Origin: Octopus vulgaris
Taxonomy: Eukaryota
Direction: 5' to 3'
Length of the DNA stretch: 64,000 nucleotides
Assembly: GCA_951406725.2 (NCBI GenBank)
Contig: OX597821.1
Span: 50,034,001-50,098,000 of the forward strand
In this document: piece after piece, positions 28,606 through 43,253 of the stretch
Numbering within the stretch: position 1 is the first letter of the stretch
How the letters are laid out: every line of letters begins with the position of its first letter
Made by a program: the position numbers and the translations under genes
Notes under the pieces: model-generated
Databases searched by the model: none
Seen by the model: only the letters and a program-made list of their open reading frames with translations
What the model was told of the DNA's origin: nothing

Positions 28606-29214
28606 GTATTTACTTTATTTTTACCCCTTAAATTACATATCATTCATTGTGCAACAACATGCGTCAAGTGAAACCAGGAATCATAACAAAAATATTATGA
28701 TTTATACAGGTGGGACATGTAGAGATTCTTATTTGGTGTACGCGGTAGAATTTTGAAAGAGACTTGAAAGTGCATATTCTCAAAAAATATTCTGAATCTG
28801 CTACACTTTCAATACCCAAAATGTGTGAGGAGAAATATGTTTGGTGGTTATTAACATCACGCCCGGGAAAAATGAATCAAATAACAGGAGAATTTCATCA
28901 AATTTATACAAAACTGTTTGATTAAATATTCTTTTTCTTTCCTTCTTTTCTCTCTTTTTTCTGTCTTTTTCTTTTCGCCAGTTATAAAATTGAAACCTAA
29001 AGATTGATGTCATTCCATCAACGTGTGGATGCTAGTTGCTCTCGTTTATATTTTAGATTTGAATTTCTATAATTTTGAATTTTATCGCTTTTTATCTTGA
29101 ACTCAACAAAACAGGCTTGCTGTCGAAATATCGTTCAAGCAATAAAATATCTGTTGCAATCACAATAGATATTTGTTGTTGTCTAACAACAACAACAACA
29201 ACAACAATAATGAG

Positions 29215-31580
29215 AATCTTTTCTTTATTTACCACTGAGGGTTTATATAAATGATTGGGGACGGCACAGGACAACGCAACACAAAAAGTGGGATTTAATC
29301 GTGTAAAAATGTAATAATAATAAAATTATAATAAATAAATAAATCCCCAAAAGAAGGAGACTCTGAAGGACTGCTCGTAGAAACCCCACAAAAACCACGA
29401 TCATTCTGACTTCTGGGGCAAGTACCCTCTCCTCTTTATCTACTCTCGATCTAGAGACGCATACTTAGAGTAGGCCTATTCACTCGGGCCATTTGTGTTA
29501 AGTTCGTTAAGTTCACCCACCATTTAATAAAATTGCTGGGAGGCAGCATTTCCCTCTCTACCCTAACTTTTCTTTCCATGTAAAACTTGAAAAGGTTGAT
29601 GAGGGCTTGGGCAAAGAAGAAAGTGTCTGTCTCCAGCCATTTCAACCTGGTCCACCTCACAACCTCTTTCGCTAAGGTCATCAGACAAAAAAACACTTCC
29701 CGGCCAAAGAAAGGTAGCGTGGCGATCTTCATGATTGACTCAGCTGATTGCCAGATCCGTCCTACACGCGACAGCAGGTGTTCGACATAAACCTTCAAGT
29801 CAGCGATTCGCGAGCACTGGATGCCATGATGCAGAACAGTTTCGTCGCTCTATGCACACCTGGGGCAAGCTCGGCTGTTGGCACTTCCATACCTGTACAG
29901 TTTATTCCGAACCGACCATATCCACCGGTAGCACTTCCATACCAGTAATTTTTGGAAGTTATCCATAGGCTCTGGCCCGAAAGTCCTCCAGAATAGACCA
30001 GCCAACTCATTCTCATCGACACCCAGAGTCTTTCCAGGAACGCCATCCCTCTTGTCCGCCACTATAGAAAGCCTAAGTGGAACTTCCACCGACCGTATTG
30101 CCCGACTGACTGAGTGTGAGTGCCTGATGATACTTTAGGGGCCAGGCGTCCTGCCTCGCTCTAGTCCTTATCTTGAAATTCAGATCTCTCTGCATCAACA
30201 TACCCGTTCCATCTCCCATTTCCAGTTGACATGGAGATGATTACAGCTAGTATCCAGCGAAAATGAGCATGAAAACTTGTCGGTCGTAGAGTCTGATTTC
30301 ACTGATGGCCACTACATGGACACTTGGTGACCTGAGGTCGCTAAGTAGATGGCCTTGTTTCCAAGGCTACTCTAGGCCACGTGCATTTGTACTGCCTACT
30401 CTAAGCAAGGTTGTGTTAGATCAAAGTATAGAAACGGAAAAGGCTACTTAGTGTAATTCAGTTGGCGAGGAGGAAATGGGTGTTTCGTCCCCATAGGTAT
30501 GTGTGGATGTTTCCACGAGCAGTTCTTTATATATTCTTTTATTCATGTCTCTTTGGAAAGCTCCTACCCTTCAGCATATTTTGTTTTGGTCGCATTTTAT
30601 GTGTGTTGTGTTGTTTGTATGACTTTAATATGTTTTGGTGGGTTATTTCTTGGTGTGATAAAGTTGATGTGTATGATGTGTGTATAGTTATATATGTGAT
30701 ATTGAAGGCGGTGAGCTGGCAGAAACGTTAGCACACCGGGCGAAATGCGTAACCGTATTTCGTCTGCCGTTACGTTCTGAGTTCAAATTCCGCCGAGGTC
30801 GACTTTGCCTTTCATCCTTTCGGGGTCGATAAATAAAGTACCAGTTACGCACTGGGGTCGATGTAATCGACTTAATCCGTTTGTCTGTCCTTGTTTGTCC
30901 CTTCTATGTTTAGCCCCTTGTGGGCAGTAAAGAAATATATATATGTGATTACTTTGGGGTTTTTTTATTGTTGGTATATATTGCTGTGTAGTTTTGCTGG
31001 TGTGGAGTTGTGCGATCTGACAGTTGTATGTATGACTTGGATTGTGCTTGTAGTGGAGATGTCGATGTTTCTGTGATTGCACTTGCTGCTAGTATTGTTA
31101 CTGTTGTTTTTTGCTGCTGTAGTCGCCTGTTTCTGTTGGTGGTGTTGCAGCTGCTGCTGCTGCTGCTGTTGTTGTTGTTGCTGCTGCTGCAGCTGTTGTT
31201 GTTGTTGTTGTTGTGGTGGTGGTGGTGGTGGTGGTGTCGGCATAAGTAGGGAGCTCACTTCTCTCTCTGGGCAGAAAGCTTGGAGATGATTTGTGTCCCC
31301 ACACAGGTGACATCTTGGCTTTTTGCCCTCAACAGCGAAGTGAAACTTTGTGACATCCGGTAGGGTTATGTAATCCAGGATAGCCTCGACGCCTTTTTGG
31401 TCTGCCTTATCATAACTTCATCCTTTGTCTCAACCATTTCTACTTGTGTATCTTCTGTATTTGCAGAATCGTGACTTTCTCTTCTATTTCAAGAAAAATT
31501 ACAGTCACCAACCAGCAGATATTTATCTCTGGTAGGATGTTGAGTATTCTAACTCTGAATCCTCTTCAGCCAAGGTAGAT
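29215..31580 (-). mobile_element. Internally deleted L1/Tx1-like element (ORF1 zinc knuckle + ORF2 C-terminus + 3' end), interrupted by a SINE
   Basis: VEGKKPRCHLCGDTNHLQAFCPER (CX2CX4HX4C, ~31262-31333) followed by a Gln/Thr-rich tract. ORF2 pieces DNFQKLLVWKCYRW..VRNKLYRYGSANSRACPRC and ALINLFKFYMERKVRVERE. Confidence 0.8.
30707..30937 (+). mobile_element. tRNA-derived SINE family A, intact reference copy
   Basis: ggcggtgagctggcagaaacgttagcac (A-box-like) ... gagttcaaattcc (B-box) ... tgtgggcagtaaagaaata tail. Many homologous copies in the window. Confidence 0.92.
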
Positions 31581-31584
31581 GGGG

Positions 31585-32092
31585 ATGAGTACTTGATTGG
31601 TACTTAATTTTTCGGCCCCAAAAGGATGAAAGGCAATGTCCACCTTGGCAGAACTTGAACTCAAAACGTAACAACGGCTGAAATACCGTTAAGCATTTCG
31701 TCCAGTATGATAACGATTCTGTCAGTTTGCCGCCTTAATAATATAAATATTAGTTTAAAATTTCTCCACAAGGGTAGCTAATTTGGATGGGAGGATAAGT
31801 ATTTCACTGGTACTTAATTTATCCACCCCGAAAGGATGAAAGGCAAATTCGACCTCGGCGGAGTAATACCTATTTCTTTATTACCCACAAGGGGCTAAAC
31901 ACAGAGGGGACAGACAAACGGATTAAGTCGATTATATCGACTCCAGTGCTTAACTGGTACTTAATTTATCGACCCCGAAAGGATGAAAGGCAAAGTCGAC
32001 CTCGGCGGAATTTGAACTCACAACGTAACGACAGACGAAATACGGCTAAGCATTTCGTCAGGCGTACTAACGATTCTGCCAGCTCGTTGCCT
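31585..32092 (-). mobile_element. SINE family A copies (intact one at 31871-32092)
   Basis: Reverse complement of 30707-30937. Confidence 0.88.
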
Positions 32093-32096
32093 TACT

Positions 32097-32515
32097 GCTC
32101 TTTTACTCTTTTACTTGTTTCAGTCATTCGACTGCGGCCATGCTGGAGCACCGCCTTTAGTCGAGCAAATCGACCCCAGGAGTTATTCTTTGTAAGCCTA
32201 GTACTTATTCTATCGGTCTCTTTTGCCGAACCACTAAGTTACGGGGACGTAAACACACCAGCATCGGTTGTCAAGCGATGTTGGGTAGGGGGTGGGGGGA
32301 AACACAGACACACACACACATACACACACACATTTATATATATACAAATATACGACGGGCGTCTTTCAGTTTCCGTCTACCAAATCCACTCACAAGGCTT
32401 TGGTCGGCCCGAGGCTATAGTAGAAGACACTTGCCTAAGGTACCACGCAGTGGGACTGAACCCGGAATCATGTGGTTGGTAAGCAAGCTACTTATCACAC
32501 AGCCACTCCTACGCC

Positions 32516-32516
<1 letters not shown>
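32097..32516 (-). mobile_element. tRNA-derived SINE family B, full length
   Basis: Reverse complement of 23693-24088. Confidence 0.92.
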
Positions 32517-32576
<60 letters not shown>

Positions 32577-35251
32577 GCCCAAAGAATACGAAGATTTGAG
32601 AAGAGAAACAAGTTTTACAAGCAAAATAAGCTGTTCACATCCAATGCCAAAAAATTCTACAGAGAAATAGGGAAGGAGAAAGTAACCGTTAAAGAAGTTC
32701 AAAACTTTTGGAAAAGGATTTGGAGTGACAAGAAGACGTACAACATAAATGCAGACTGGATTATACAAACAGAAGGATCCTACCAAAATTTACAACAAGC
32801 ATGGGAAGACATCACAATAGCAGACCTAAGAAAGGCACTCACGAAGGCCCATAATTGGAAATCCCCCGGTAAAGATAGGGTGCCGAATTTCTGGCTCGCA
32901 TCGCTCCCATGCGCACACGGTAAGCTAGTTCAGCTGCTCAATGGAATTATGAGAGACCCAAAGAAAACACCTGAATGGTTAGCAAGTGGTATTACTTACC
33001 TACTCCCAAAGAATAACGAAACCAGCCTTCCAAAAAAACTATCGGCCTATAACCTGTCTATCCACCACGTATAAAATCCTAACATCTATCCTGGCGGAGA
33101 AAACATATGCATTCATGCAGAAGAACGATATTTTCCCCATTGAACAAAAAGGGTGCCGCCGAGGCTCATACGGATGCAAAGATCAACTGCTAATTAATCG
33201 TATGATCCTTGAGAACTGTCACAACAAGCGCAGAAATCTCATATAAAAAGGCCTTCGACAGTATACCGCATCCATGGATCTTGAGATAGCTGGACATCTT
33301 CAAAATTTCCCCTGTGATTTCAAGCTTCCTGAAGCACAATATGTCGTTGTGGAATACGAATCTCCAATTATACCACTCTAATGGAGTACTTGCCTCAGAA
33401 AATATAAACATCAACTGTGGAATTTTTCAAGGTGACTCACTTTCACCTTTAATATTCTGCATAGCCCTAATACCCCTTACAAGTGAATTATACAGAACAG
33501 GGTATGGGTATAAAATTGCCAATAAAAAAATAAGCCATCTATTTTATATGGATGACTTAAAACTCTATGGTAAAGACGATAGTGAACTTGAAGGCCTATT
33601 GCGCACTGTGAAAGCATTCAGCGATGACATCGGGATGGAGTTTGGGCTTGAGAAGTATGTCAAGGCCACTTTCCAGAAAGGGAAAGTGAAGACCACAAAT
33701 TCCGTCGTGTTAGATGTTGACACAGTCATAAGAGAGCTTGAGCAAGAACAAACACAAATATTTAGGGATAAATGAATGCTCTGGTATTCAGTATGCAAGC
33801 ATGAAAGAGAAGATCAGGAAGGAATGTTATAGGAGAGTTCGTGCAGTCCTGAAATCTGAACTAAATGCACGTAACAAGGTGTTAGCTATAAATTCCTTAG
33901 CAGTTCCAGTTGTTACTTATAGCTACAATGTGTTGAACTGGAATATGAGTGAAGTAAAGAATATAGATAGGAAAATACGCAAGCTGCTGAGTTGTAATAG
34001 GATGCACCACCCAAAGGCAGACGTAGATCGCCTTTACCTTCCCAGAGCCCAAGGAGGTCGAGGCCTGATCCAATTTGAACTAGCTTACAAAACAACCACA
34101 ATTAGACTGGCCAAATATCTTGAAATAACGAATGACTGGATGCTAAAGCTCGTGGAAATCACGAGAGACGAAAGAAGCTTCATTCTATCATAAAGGAAAG
34201 CAAAAAATTTGCTATTGATCTCGTGCAGGATACCCAAACTGAACAACCCGAGGGAAGTACGGCAACTATTGTTGCAAAGAAGGTGAAAATAATGGCAACG
34301 AAAAAAGCGCACGAGCAATTGGCTGATAGGTGGGAGGAGAAACCTCTGCACGGCAAATATGTGGCCCGTAGCAAACAAGCTGATGTTGACCAGAAGCAAA
34401 CCCATCAGTGGCTACGGAGCTCAGGGCTAAAAGCAGAGAGCGAAGGTTTCATCAAGATCAAAGCCTATTAACCCGGAACTACCAGGCCAATGTGATGAAA
34501 AATGGAGCAGACCCAAAATGCCGATTCTGCAACGACATGATTGAAACAGTGGACCACCTAATCTCTGGATGTAAAGTCTTAGTACCAGTGGAGTATAAAT
34601 TAAGACATGACAGAGTTGGCCAATATCTACACTGGCTAATAAGTCGGCATTACAATATCAAAACTGCCGACAAGTGGTATAATCACCACCCTGAAGCTGT
34701 AACTGAAGGAGAAAATGTAACGATTCTGTGGGACTTTCCAGTACATACAGACCGAACCATCAAAGCCAATAAACCGGATATTGTTGTGAAAGACCAAAAC
34801 AATAAAGTTTGCTTATTGATCGACATAAGCATCCCCTGTGATCATAATATCTCGGCGAAAGAGTTTGACAAGCTCAGAAAATATAAAGACCTGCTCATTG
34901 AAATTGAGAAAATGTGACATCTCAAGGCGGTTACAATACCAGTGATCGTAGGAGCACTAGGAATGATCAAGAAGGGAACCGAAAATTATATGAGAATGAT
35001 CCCTGGCTTACCATCCCTGCAGGAAGTGCAAAAGATTGTCTTAACTTGTACACCACATGTATTGAGAATAGCATTGTCGATGTGAGAACTATTACTACCC
35101 ATGTATTTTAATTTAACTTTAAAAAAAAAAATGAACGAACTAGTGAGTTTAGTTTAATGGCCTACCAATGTATACTATGAGTTTCTTTGCCCTAGGAGTG
35201 GCGAAGACACTCGGCAAGAAATGGAAGCAAATTTGAAAGAAGAAAAAAAAG
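32577..35251 (+). mobile_element. 5'-truncated R4/Dong-clade non-LTR retrotransposon (RT + CCHC + restriction-like endonuclease), frameshifted
   Basis: Successive ORFs give NWKSPGKDRVPNFW, NYRPITCL, EQKGC...GCKDQLLI, YKKAFDSIPH, GIFQGDSLSPLIF, HLFYMDDLKLY, RLYLPRAQGGRGL, CRFCNDMIETVDHLISGC, RHD, KPDIVV and LIDISIP. (AAT)n on both sides. Confidence 0.95.
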
Positions 35252-35288
35252 ATAACAATAATAATAATAGTTATAATAATACTAATAC

Positions 35289-35379
<91 letters not shown>

Positions 35380-35621
35380 GGTCTCAAATTTTGCCACAAG
35401 GGTAGCCATTTGGGGTGGACGGATATATCGATCACATCGACTCCCAGTGTCCCGCTGGTACTTAATAAAACGACCCAGAAAGAATGAAAGGCAAATGATA
35501 ATTTCTTTATGAACCACAAGGGTTTGCATTAAGAAAGACATTATGGACAGTACAGGACATGCATGCAGCTCCGTTAAAGAAACTAGCTGTGGAAATACGT
35601 GCCTGGTGAACGGCGACCATA

Positions 35622-35701
<80 letters not shown>

Positions 35702-35723
35702 CAACAAAAACAACAACAACAAC

Positions 35724-35774
<51 letters not shown>

Positions 35775-35863
35775 TCAATAAACAAACTCAATTTGGCTAT
35801 GTGTGCAAGAACCGTTTGAAAAATAAATGCTTTGAATAATACAAGAGTGAAGATGAGTGTGGG

Positions 35864-35905
<42 letters not shown>

Positions 35906-36884
35906 CGACGACGATGATGATGATGATGATGACGATGAAGTAACGATGAAGTAAAGCACTAAATAGGAAGACACCGGTCAGAAGAGATGTATGTAACTCG
36001 GTGCAAAAAACAATATATATGCGCTGAACGAAGGTGTGAACTTTAGATTTAATTACTGACTAATGTGTGCGTGTGTATGTGCGTTGGTGCGTGAGTTTGT
36101 ATGTGTGTGTGTGTGTGCTTGTGTGTGTGTGTGCTTGTGTGTGTGCGTGGTTACAAGAGGAAGAAAGGCAGTAAAAAGTAGAAGAGCGTTGACAGGAGTG
36201 AAATTTCATATATGTCTTTACGTATGTATTACGTATGTATACATATGCTTGTATATGCATGTAGGTTTGTATATGAACGTAGGCTATGAGGAGCCGAAAT
36301 GAGTACAGCAATCCATTTTAGTTGAATCGTCTCTTCACATAGTAGTAGTAGTAATGATAGATAATGATTTATTTATTAACCACAAGGACTTACATTAAGA
36401 AAAATATTATGGGTAGTACAGGAAAAAACAAAGAATGTGTGTGTGTATGTACGAGAGTGTGTGTTGTGAGGGTTTTGCATGTAGACCAGACTAACAATTT
36501 TTTTAAAAATCAACAATCCTCAATAGGAAAGAGTAATAATAAGTAATGATGATGACTTAGTTGCCAATTGGGAGAAGGATGAGGGGGGGGGGGAGAATAC
36601 AAAGACAGACGTAAAGTTTGGAGGTTTTAATACAATGGAATGATTAAAAAATGTATACACGATATACAATAAAAGAAGGGAAGTATACGACAGTAAGAGA
36701 GATAATAGTGATGTGGTCCTCCTGATACGAGCCCACCCATGTTCACCTGAGTGCGTGTCAGCGCGTCAAAAGCCCTGGCATGCCTAAGCCACTACACAAA
36801 GAGAACTGGCAGCAGATTGACTGCCTGACCATTGGAACTCGTCCCTTCCACAAGAAAATAAACAAGAGACTCTGTAAGATAAGT

Positions 36885-37025
36885 AATTTCCAGCCACATA
36901 CTGCCGGGTTCAGTACTACTGTGTGGTATCTTGGGCAACTGTCTTCTGCTATAATCTCGGGCCGAGCAACCGGCCAAAATCTTGTGAGTGGATTTGATAG
37001 ACGGAAACTGAAAGAAACTTGTCGT

Positions 37026-37074
<49 letters not shown>

Positions 37075-37285
37075 CTTGTATGCATGCGTGTGTGTGTTTG
37101 TGTCTGTGTTTGTCCCTCACTATCACTTGAAAACCAGCTTTGATTTGTTTACGTCACCGTATCTTTGCGGTTCAGAAAAGAAACGGATAGAACAGTACTG
37201 GGGTCGATTCTTCGACTAAAGATTCTCCAAGGCGATGTCCCAATATGGCCGCCGTGTAATGACTGCAACATGTAAAAGGTAAAAG
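36885..37285 (+). mobile_element. Decayed SINE family B
   Basis: ccgggttcagtactactgtgtggtatcttgggcaa...gatttgatagacggaaactgaaagaa...gtaaaag tail. Confidence 0.75.
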
Positions 37286-37299
37286 CTAAAATAATCTTC

Positions 37300-38260
37300 C
37301 CATTACATTTCTTTTTCCATGGCACTGATCACTCTTTCACCAGGTACAGGCAAAAAATTCTTAACAATATAAACCCTCTTATTACATGGACGATCTGAAT
37401 GTTTGTAAGGAATGACTAAGAACTAGAAGAGCAGCTAACAATTGTTAGAAAGTTTAGCAATAACATCGGGATGGATTTTGACCTTAATAAGTGTGCTAAA
37501 GCAACGTTTGTAAGTGACAAACTCAGACAGACAACATCTGTTAGATATCGGCACTACCATCAAAGAATTCAGCACACGAGAAATTTATAAATACTTGGGT
37601 ATAAGCGAACGAGATGGCATAAGTTATGCCACTATAAAGGAAAAATAAGAAAGGCATACTATAGGAGAATAAGTCTTGTACTGAAGACTAAAATTAGCTC
37701 TAAAAATTGCATCGAAGCCGTTAACACCCTAACAATTCCAGATGCCCAGGACAGTTTTAATTTCATTAAATGGAATCCCGCGGAACTCCAGCGCATGGAC
37801 GGGAAGACAAGAAAATTATTGAGATCTAATAACATGCACCACCCTAAAGTTGACGTCGATCGCTGGTACTTACCTACAAGGAAAGGGGAAGAGGAATTAT
37901 GCAATTAGAACTCTGCTGTAAAACCTCCACTATAGTGATGAACAGATGCGAAACGGGAATTTTACACCTTCATGATAATCCCGAAAAGCATGTTGGAGCT
38001 TCATTGAAACAGAATAGGGAAAAAAGGACAGGTGCCAAAACACAGCTCTGTCTGGTTCCAGTGGCAAGCTGGAGGCTAAGTGAAATAGCAAGGCTACGCA
38101 TAAAAACAAGAAAAATTATGGCTGCTTGTAGTATGTACCGTCCAAAATCTGACACTACCACATGATATTACGATTAAGACAGACGCATGGGACTTTATAC
38201 AACTAAAAAACTATTGTATAATATTTACGGCAGAATTACAAAAATATCTTATAAAAAAAT
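37300..38260 (+). mobile_element. Old internal RT fragment of an R4/Dong-like LINE
   Basis: Pieces YMDDL, FSNNIGMDFDLNKCAKA, YKYLGI, AVNTLTIP and MHHPKVDVDRWYLPTRKGEE parallel 33540-34100. Confidence 0.75.
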
Positions 38261-39937
38261 AATAGAAAACTAATAAATACTACCGGGACCCGTAAATATT
38301 TCACGGAATTAATAGTAAATCTATTAGGTTATTCCTGAAAACTTTATCCAAAAAACCTGAAAGCAGAGCCTGTAGTTTCTGTATCAAAAGAAAGTCGCTC
38401 ATCTGCTAGTCATTGAAAAGCGAAGTAAATTGCAATACGATTATTACTTCATGCACTTTATAAATATACTCTATATACTTTATGCACAATTTTATAGGCT
38501 TAATACACAGCACTCAAAATAAATATCCACTCTTATTTTTTACATTCCCCCCCCCCCATAAATAGAAAAAATTACATTTTAAAATTTACATGGTCACAAT
38601 TTCATATTTAGAAAACAAAAATTTTATAGTAAAAAAATTATTATATATTAGCAGAAAGACCACCCTCGGGGCGGTTTTCTGCTAGCCCCTTAATAATAAT
38701 TTCACATTTGATTCCCAATTCTAATAATTTTTATATTTTCTGTCTAATTATTTCTTTGTATAATAGTGTTCACTTGCTTAGTAAATATTGCTTTCATTAT
38801 TTTATCACAGTCATAATATCACTTTTTTAAACAAACATCATGGTAATCCATCAACAGAAGGAAAAGAAGTTTGTCAAGTTTTACCTTCCTTTCAAAGCAA
38901 CATAGGGATTTCAATTCAGCAGCCTATCTGTAAGCTTTGCAGTGTGTGTGTGAGAGAGAGGGGGAAGAGACAATATTGCAAACAATGAATGAAATAAACA
39001 TGAAATGAAAAAAATCGTATAAATAAAAGAGCATTACCACAGATTACTACGCCCCCGACTTTGTTGCCTCATAACATCCAGAAAAATGGATACGTTTTAA
39101 CAAAATGTTCTACAAATATCGCTTAGATGTTGTGGCTTCAGAGTATATAGCGAATTATGAGAAATAATTTTTCCGAAGGGTGGAGAGAGGAGTTTCGGAA
39201 AATTCATACGATGGGACTTTTTCCCTCATAACTTTCAGGAAGATGGATATCCTTTAATGAAAATTTATACAAATCCCTTTCAGACGGCATAGATTACGAT
39301 TATAAAGAAATTTGTAGGGAAAATTTTTTCGGGGAATTTCCCCATTTTTATAAGCCACAGTCTTCGAAATGATGTGGTTGTGGGGAGGGCATCTTTGTAT
39401 GAAAGGTAAAACTTGACAAACTCTTTTTATATCTTGCATTATCTCACGCCGGATCTATTTTGGCCAATTTTTTTTTTTTTTGTACTTCAAAACCATGGGA
39501 AGAGCATTTTCGGTAATTTTTTTTTAAGTTGTTAACATTTTCAGAGGGAAAAATGAGTGACTTAAGGGCGACTTAGAAGTTGTTTCTAGCGCATCCAAAG
39601 ACAACCCTCCTCGTTTTTTTATCACTCTCACATTTATTGATGTTTTTCAATATTTTCCCCCATAAATACATTTATATGCTATAAAAAAGAAAATTTGAGA
39701 AATTATGAAGTTTTTGCAACCCCACTCCTTCCTCCCGGTTGTTTCTGTTTAGAAATTAAAATATTGGAGAGCCTGAGAAGGTCATTGTTGGCATTTATCT
39801 ACAGTAACTTTTAAAAAATTAGAGAGATGTACTTGCATAGCCAATGACTTGATCTGAGATCGTGTGCTGAAAAAAAAACAATTGCAGCGTAGATGTTTGT
39901 AGGCCATCCAAGAATACATGAAAACCGTTAGCTTCAC

Positions 39938-40204
39938 GGCGCTACTAAATACAGAGGTTCCGCTTAAATACAGAGGTTCTGATGCATCTACGTAACGGTA
40001 TGAAGGGGAGGGTTAGTTTTAGGGTTAAGGTTAGTTTTAGGGTTAGTTAGGGTTAGGGTTAGTTAAGGTTAAGGTTAGGGTTAGGTAGTCATTATACGTC
40101 CACACAGCGTACTTTTAAAATGTTTTGTACGTAACACCTTTATTTAAGTTGTACCTCTATATTTAAGTAGCACCGTTAAGGGACCTCTGTATTTAAGTAT
40201 TACC
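39938..40204. mobile_element. MITE with GG-terminal inverted repeats, ~8-bp target duplication and internal TTAGGG-like repeats (Merlin-like)
   Basis: Left end ggcgctactaaatacagaggt and right end acctctgtatttaagtattacc. Flanks are agcttcac (39930-39937) and agtttcac (40205-40212). Degenerate (GGGTTA)n at ~40009-40086. Confidence 0.6.
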
Positions 40205-42123
40205 AGTTTCACTTCAACATTAAAATTTCATTTGTATCAAAATATTTTCGTCGCTTTCAACCTGCGAACTGTTCACTAACAAAACTTCACAATAGTGATT
40301 CAGCACGAAGTTTTGTCAGTGAGCACAGACATGCGCATGCGCGTACACACACATTCATTGCCTTTCATTTGTGTGTATGTGTATCTATGTGTGCGCGCAA
40401 GTGTGTATTGGTGTGCGTGTGTGTCACTGTTGAAGTCACTCGTGCTTAGTGGTGTAGAATGTTTGGAAACTGAATAAGGTGCAAATATCGAGTACTTGTC
40501 GGTAACTTTTTTCTCCTCGTCTTCTAATAGTAATTACTCAGCTTTCTAGGCTATTCTCACAGCTATCTCGCGTTCAAAAATTATACGGGTATTTTTAAAA
40601 AAATTTCATTCAATAAATCATGTTTTTATATTACGTGTACATTAACAGAATAAACTATCGGTCAAAACTTATAAGAGAAAGTGAGAGACTTTGTGAATGA
40701 AAATGGAATGTTCCGCAGTGAATGCAATGAATATTTAAAACTGTAAAGAATTGGACACATTGAATGTGTCCAATTCTGGAGTTTAAAAAATTCAATAAAC
40801 TTGAGAAATCGAAATTATAGGAAATTTCTTAAAACATGAATTTCTAAAAATATTTCCAGACCGTCAACCCTTTAATAATTGCTTTCTTTTAGTACTTTTA
40901 GCAATTGTTACGTGCTTAATTAATAAACAGCTTTCTCCATTATAGTATAGTTGTTAGATATAGGGGTCACAATTACACAGGGTAAAAATTTAATGCAACA
41001 TGGCATACTCTGAAAATCACATCGGTGGTAATTTATAAGCCAAGGCGATGGGTCACTTCAATTTGCGTACACCTTTCAATCCAATACTTCTTTGCACTCT
41101 ATATTCTTCGTGTAAGTTCTCCCTCTTCTTTTCCCTTGTTTGTCAATGTTAACTTTAACTCTCACATCAGAATGCAGCATATAGCTGACCATAGCTGAAT
41201 ACAGGTTCAGGCAATAACAGCTCCACTTTATCAAATGTCTACCCTTGTGATTAGTTGATGGTCATTGCATATGACAGGCGAACGGGAAATTAGTTTCTTT
41301 CAAAAGTGAATGGGAAGTTTAGGATGCGCATGCGTTAAGAGATATGCGCTATAAAGAACTTCAAGTTTTAAAAGTTCAATTTAAAAAAAAATTACTTTTC
41401 ATTATGCATTACCATCGCCACTTCCACCACCACCACCATCATCTCTCTCTTTCTTTCCCTCTTTCTCCTCTCTCTCTTTCTTTTTGTCTCTCTCTCTCTC
41501 CCTCCCTCTCTCTCTATCTATCTGCTTTTCTTTAATATCACCATCAGAACATCACCCTTCTGCTAAAATTATTATAAGATAACTACAAAATACGAAGAAA
41601 ATAAAGAAAACTTATACAAGACAAAAGCTTAAATGACAGACTATAACGAGAGGAAAGATGAAACAAAAACGAATTTTTCAAAAGCTAAATTCTAAGCGAA
41701 AGTATGGGATTAACAGGGATTAAAGGTAGCTATAATAAATTACAAAGTAAAGACCTTCCGTTGCCAATACCAGAATAAAACTGAAGAGGGTGTAAATAAC
41801 TATATAAAAACCGCACACATTTCTGAGAGGCCTTGAAATCAAAGCAGCAACTGAAGAACTCTTTATTGCAGCACACGATTAAGGTTTTTCTCTCGGAAAC
41901 AACTAAAATTCAGGTAAAAGAATACACAAAGTAATAGCAGATTATGTGAAGTTTAAGAAGAAATAACCATGTAATTTCTTTCCACCCAGATTTAGCTGTG
42001 AGAGAAAACGTCTATAGACGCAATAGATTGAAGGAAGTTATACCAGTATTATGAAATTTCAATAGAAAAAGGTGGTATAAACATGCACCAGAAAAGGTCA
42101 TATTATATATATAATATTATATA

Positions 42124-42190
<67 letters not shown>

Positions 42191-42295
42191 ATTTTAAAGC
42201 ATATTTATGAATAACAATTCAATTTACCATGTAGTTCAAGTTGAATTGGACTTGACAATATATGTAACCAACCATACAGACATAGATAGATAGAC

Positions 42296-42332
<37 letters not shown>

Positions 42333-42380
42333 TATAGATAGATAGATAGATAGATAGATACATAGATAGATACATAGATA

Positions 42381-42416
<36 letters not shown>

Positions 42417-42526
42417 AACTGATTGATTGATTGACAAATACGTCTGTATGTATATATCAATATTTTTTCGAAACATTTTCTTCGAAGAATTCAAATAAAT
42501 AAAGTGAATACACAGATACTCACACA

Positions 42527-42581
<55 letters not shown>

Positions 42582-43215
42582 TCATATACATACATACATA
42601 AAAAGATTTAAATGCAGGCATTTTTGTCTCAATAATAATTACTAAGTTGCGCGTAATCCTAACTATGGGCACTAAGAGCTCTCCTGTGGTTGTAAATATT
42701 GACAGTAGTACATGAATGATACTAATGCCATTGAGGCTAAAAGAAAGACAGTCAGCCCGAGACTTTATGTGAACGTAGTACAGCGCAATATTTAATTCAG
42801 CGTTGCTCCACCGATTCTGCATACCCTTGTTCTGTTTATTGTTGCAATAATGTTAGGCTCATCATATCACATTTCTGAACTTCCTTTCTTACTGTGACAG
42901 ACTGACTGTGATATATCATTTTGTAAGTACTTTAAACTTACTTTGCGCCCACACTAACGTACACCCACACACCCACATACCCACACACACACACACACAT
43001 ACACACATACACACACAGATTCTTTATGATGTACACATATAATGAACTACGCGTGACATCACTACAAATACGTGCGTCACAGCTAGTTCATCACTATGCT
43101 TATTTATAATATACATACATACGTACATAGATGCCAACATAAATATTTATATAATTACATACATATTTACATACATGTATAAATATATAGAGAGATAGAT
43201 ATAGATATACTGATT

Positions 43216-43253
<38 letters not shown>

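Noticed and set aside
35149-35974. Long poly-Y/I/L/N/S ORFs, and similar YI, CV and HT repeat ORFs throughout the window
   Set aside because: These are translations of microsatellites.
40009-40086. Telomere or chromosome-fusion scar
   Set aside because: Short, degenerate and enclosed by MITE inverted repeats.
41320-41336. TGCGCATGCG (NRF1-like) promoter motif in unique sequence, also near 40332
   Set aside because: A single short motif with no CpG island or linked first exon.
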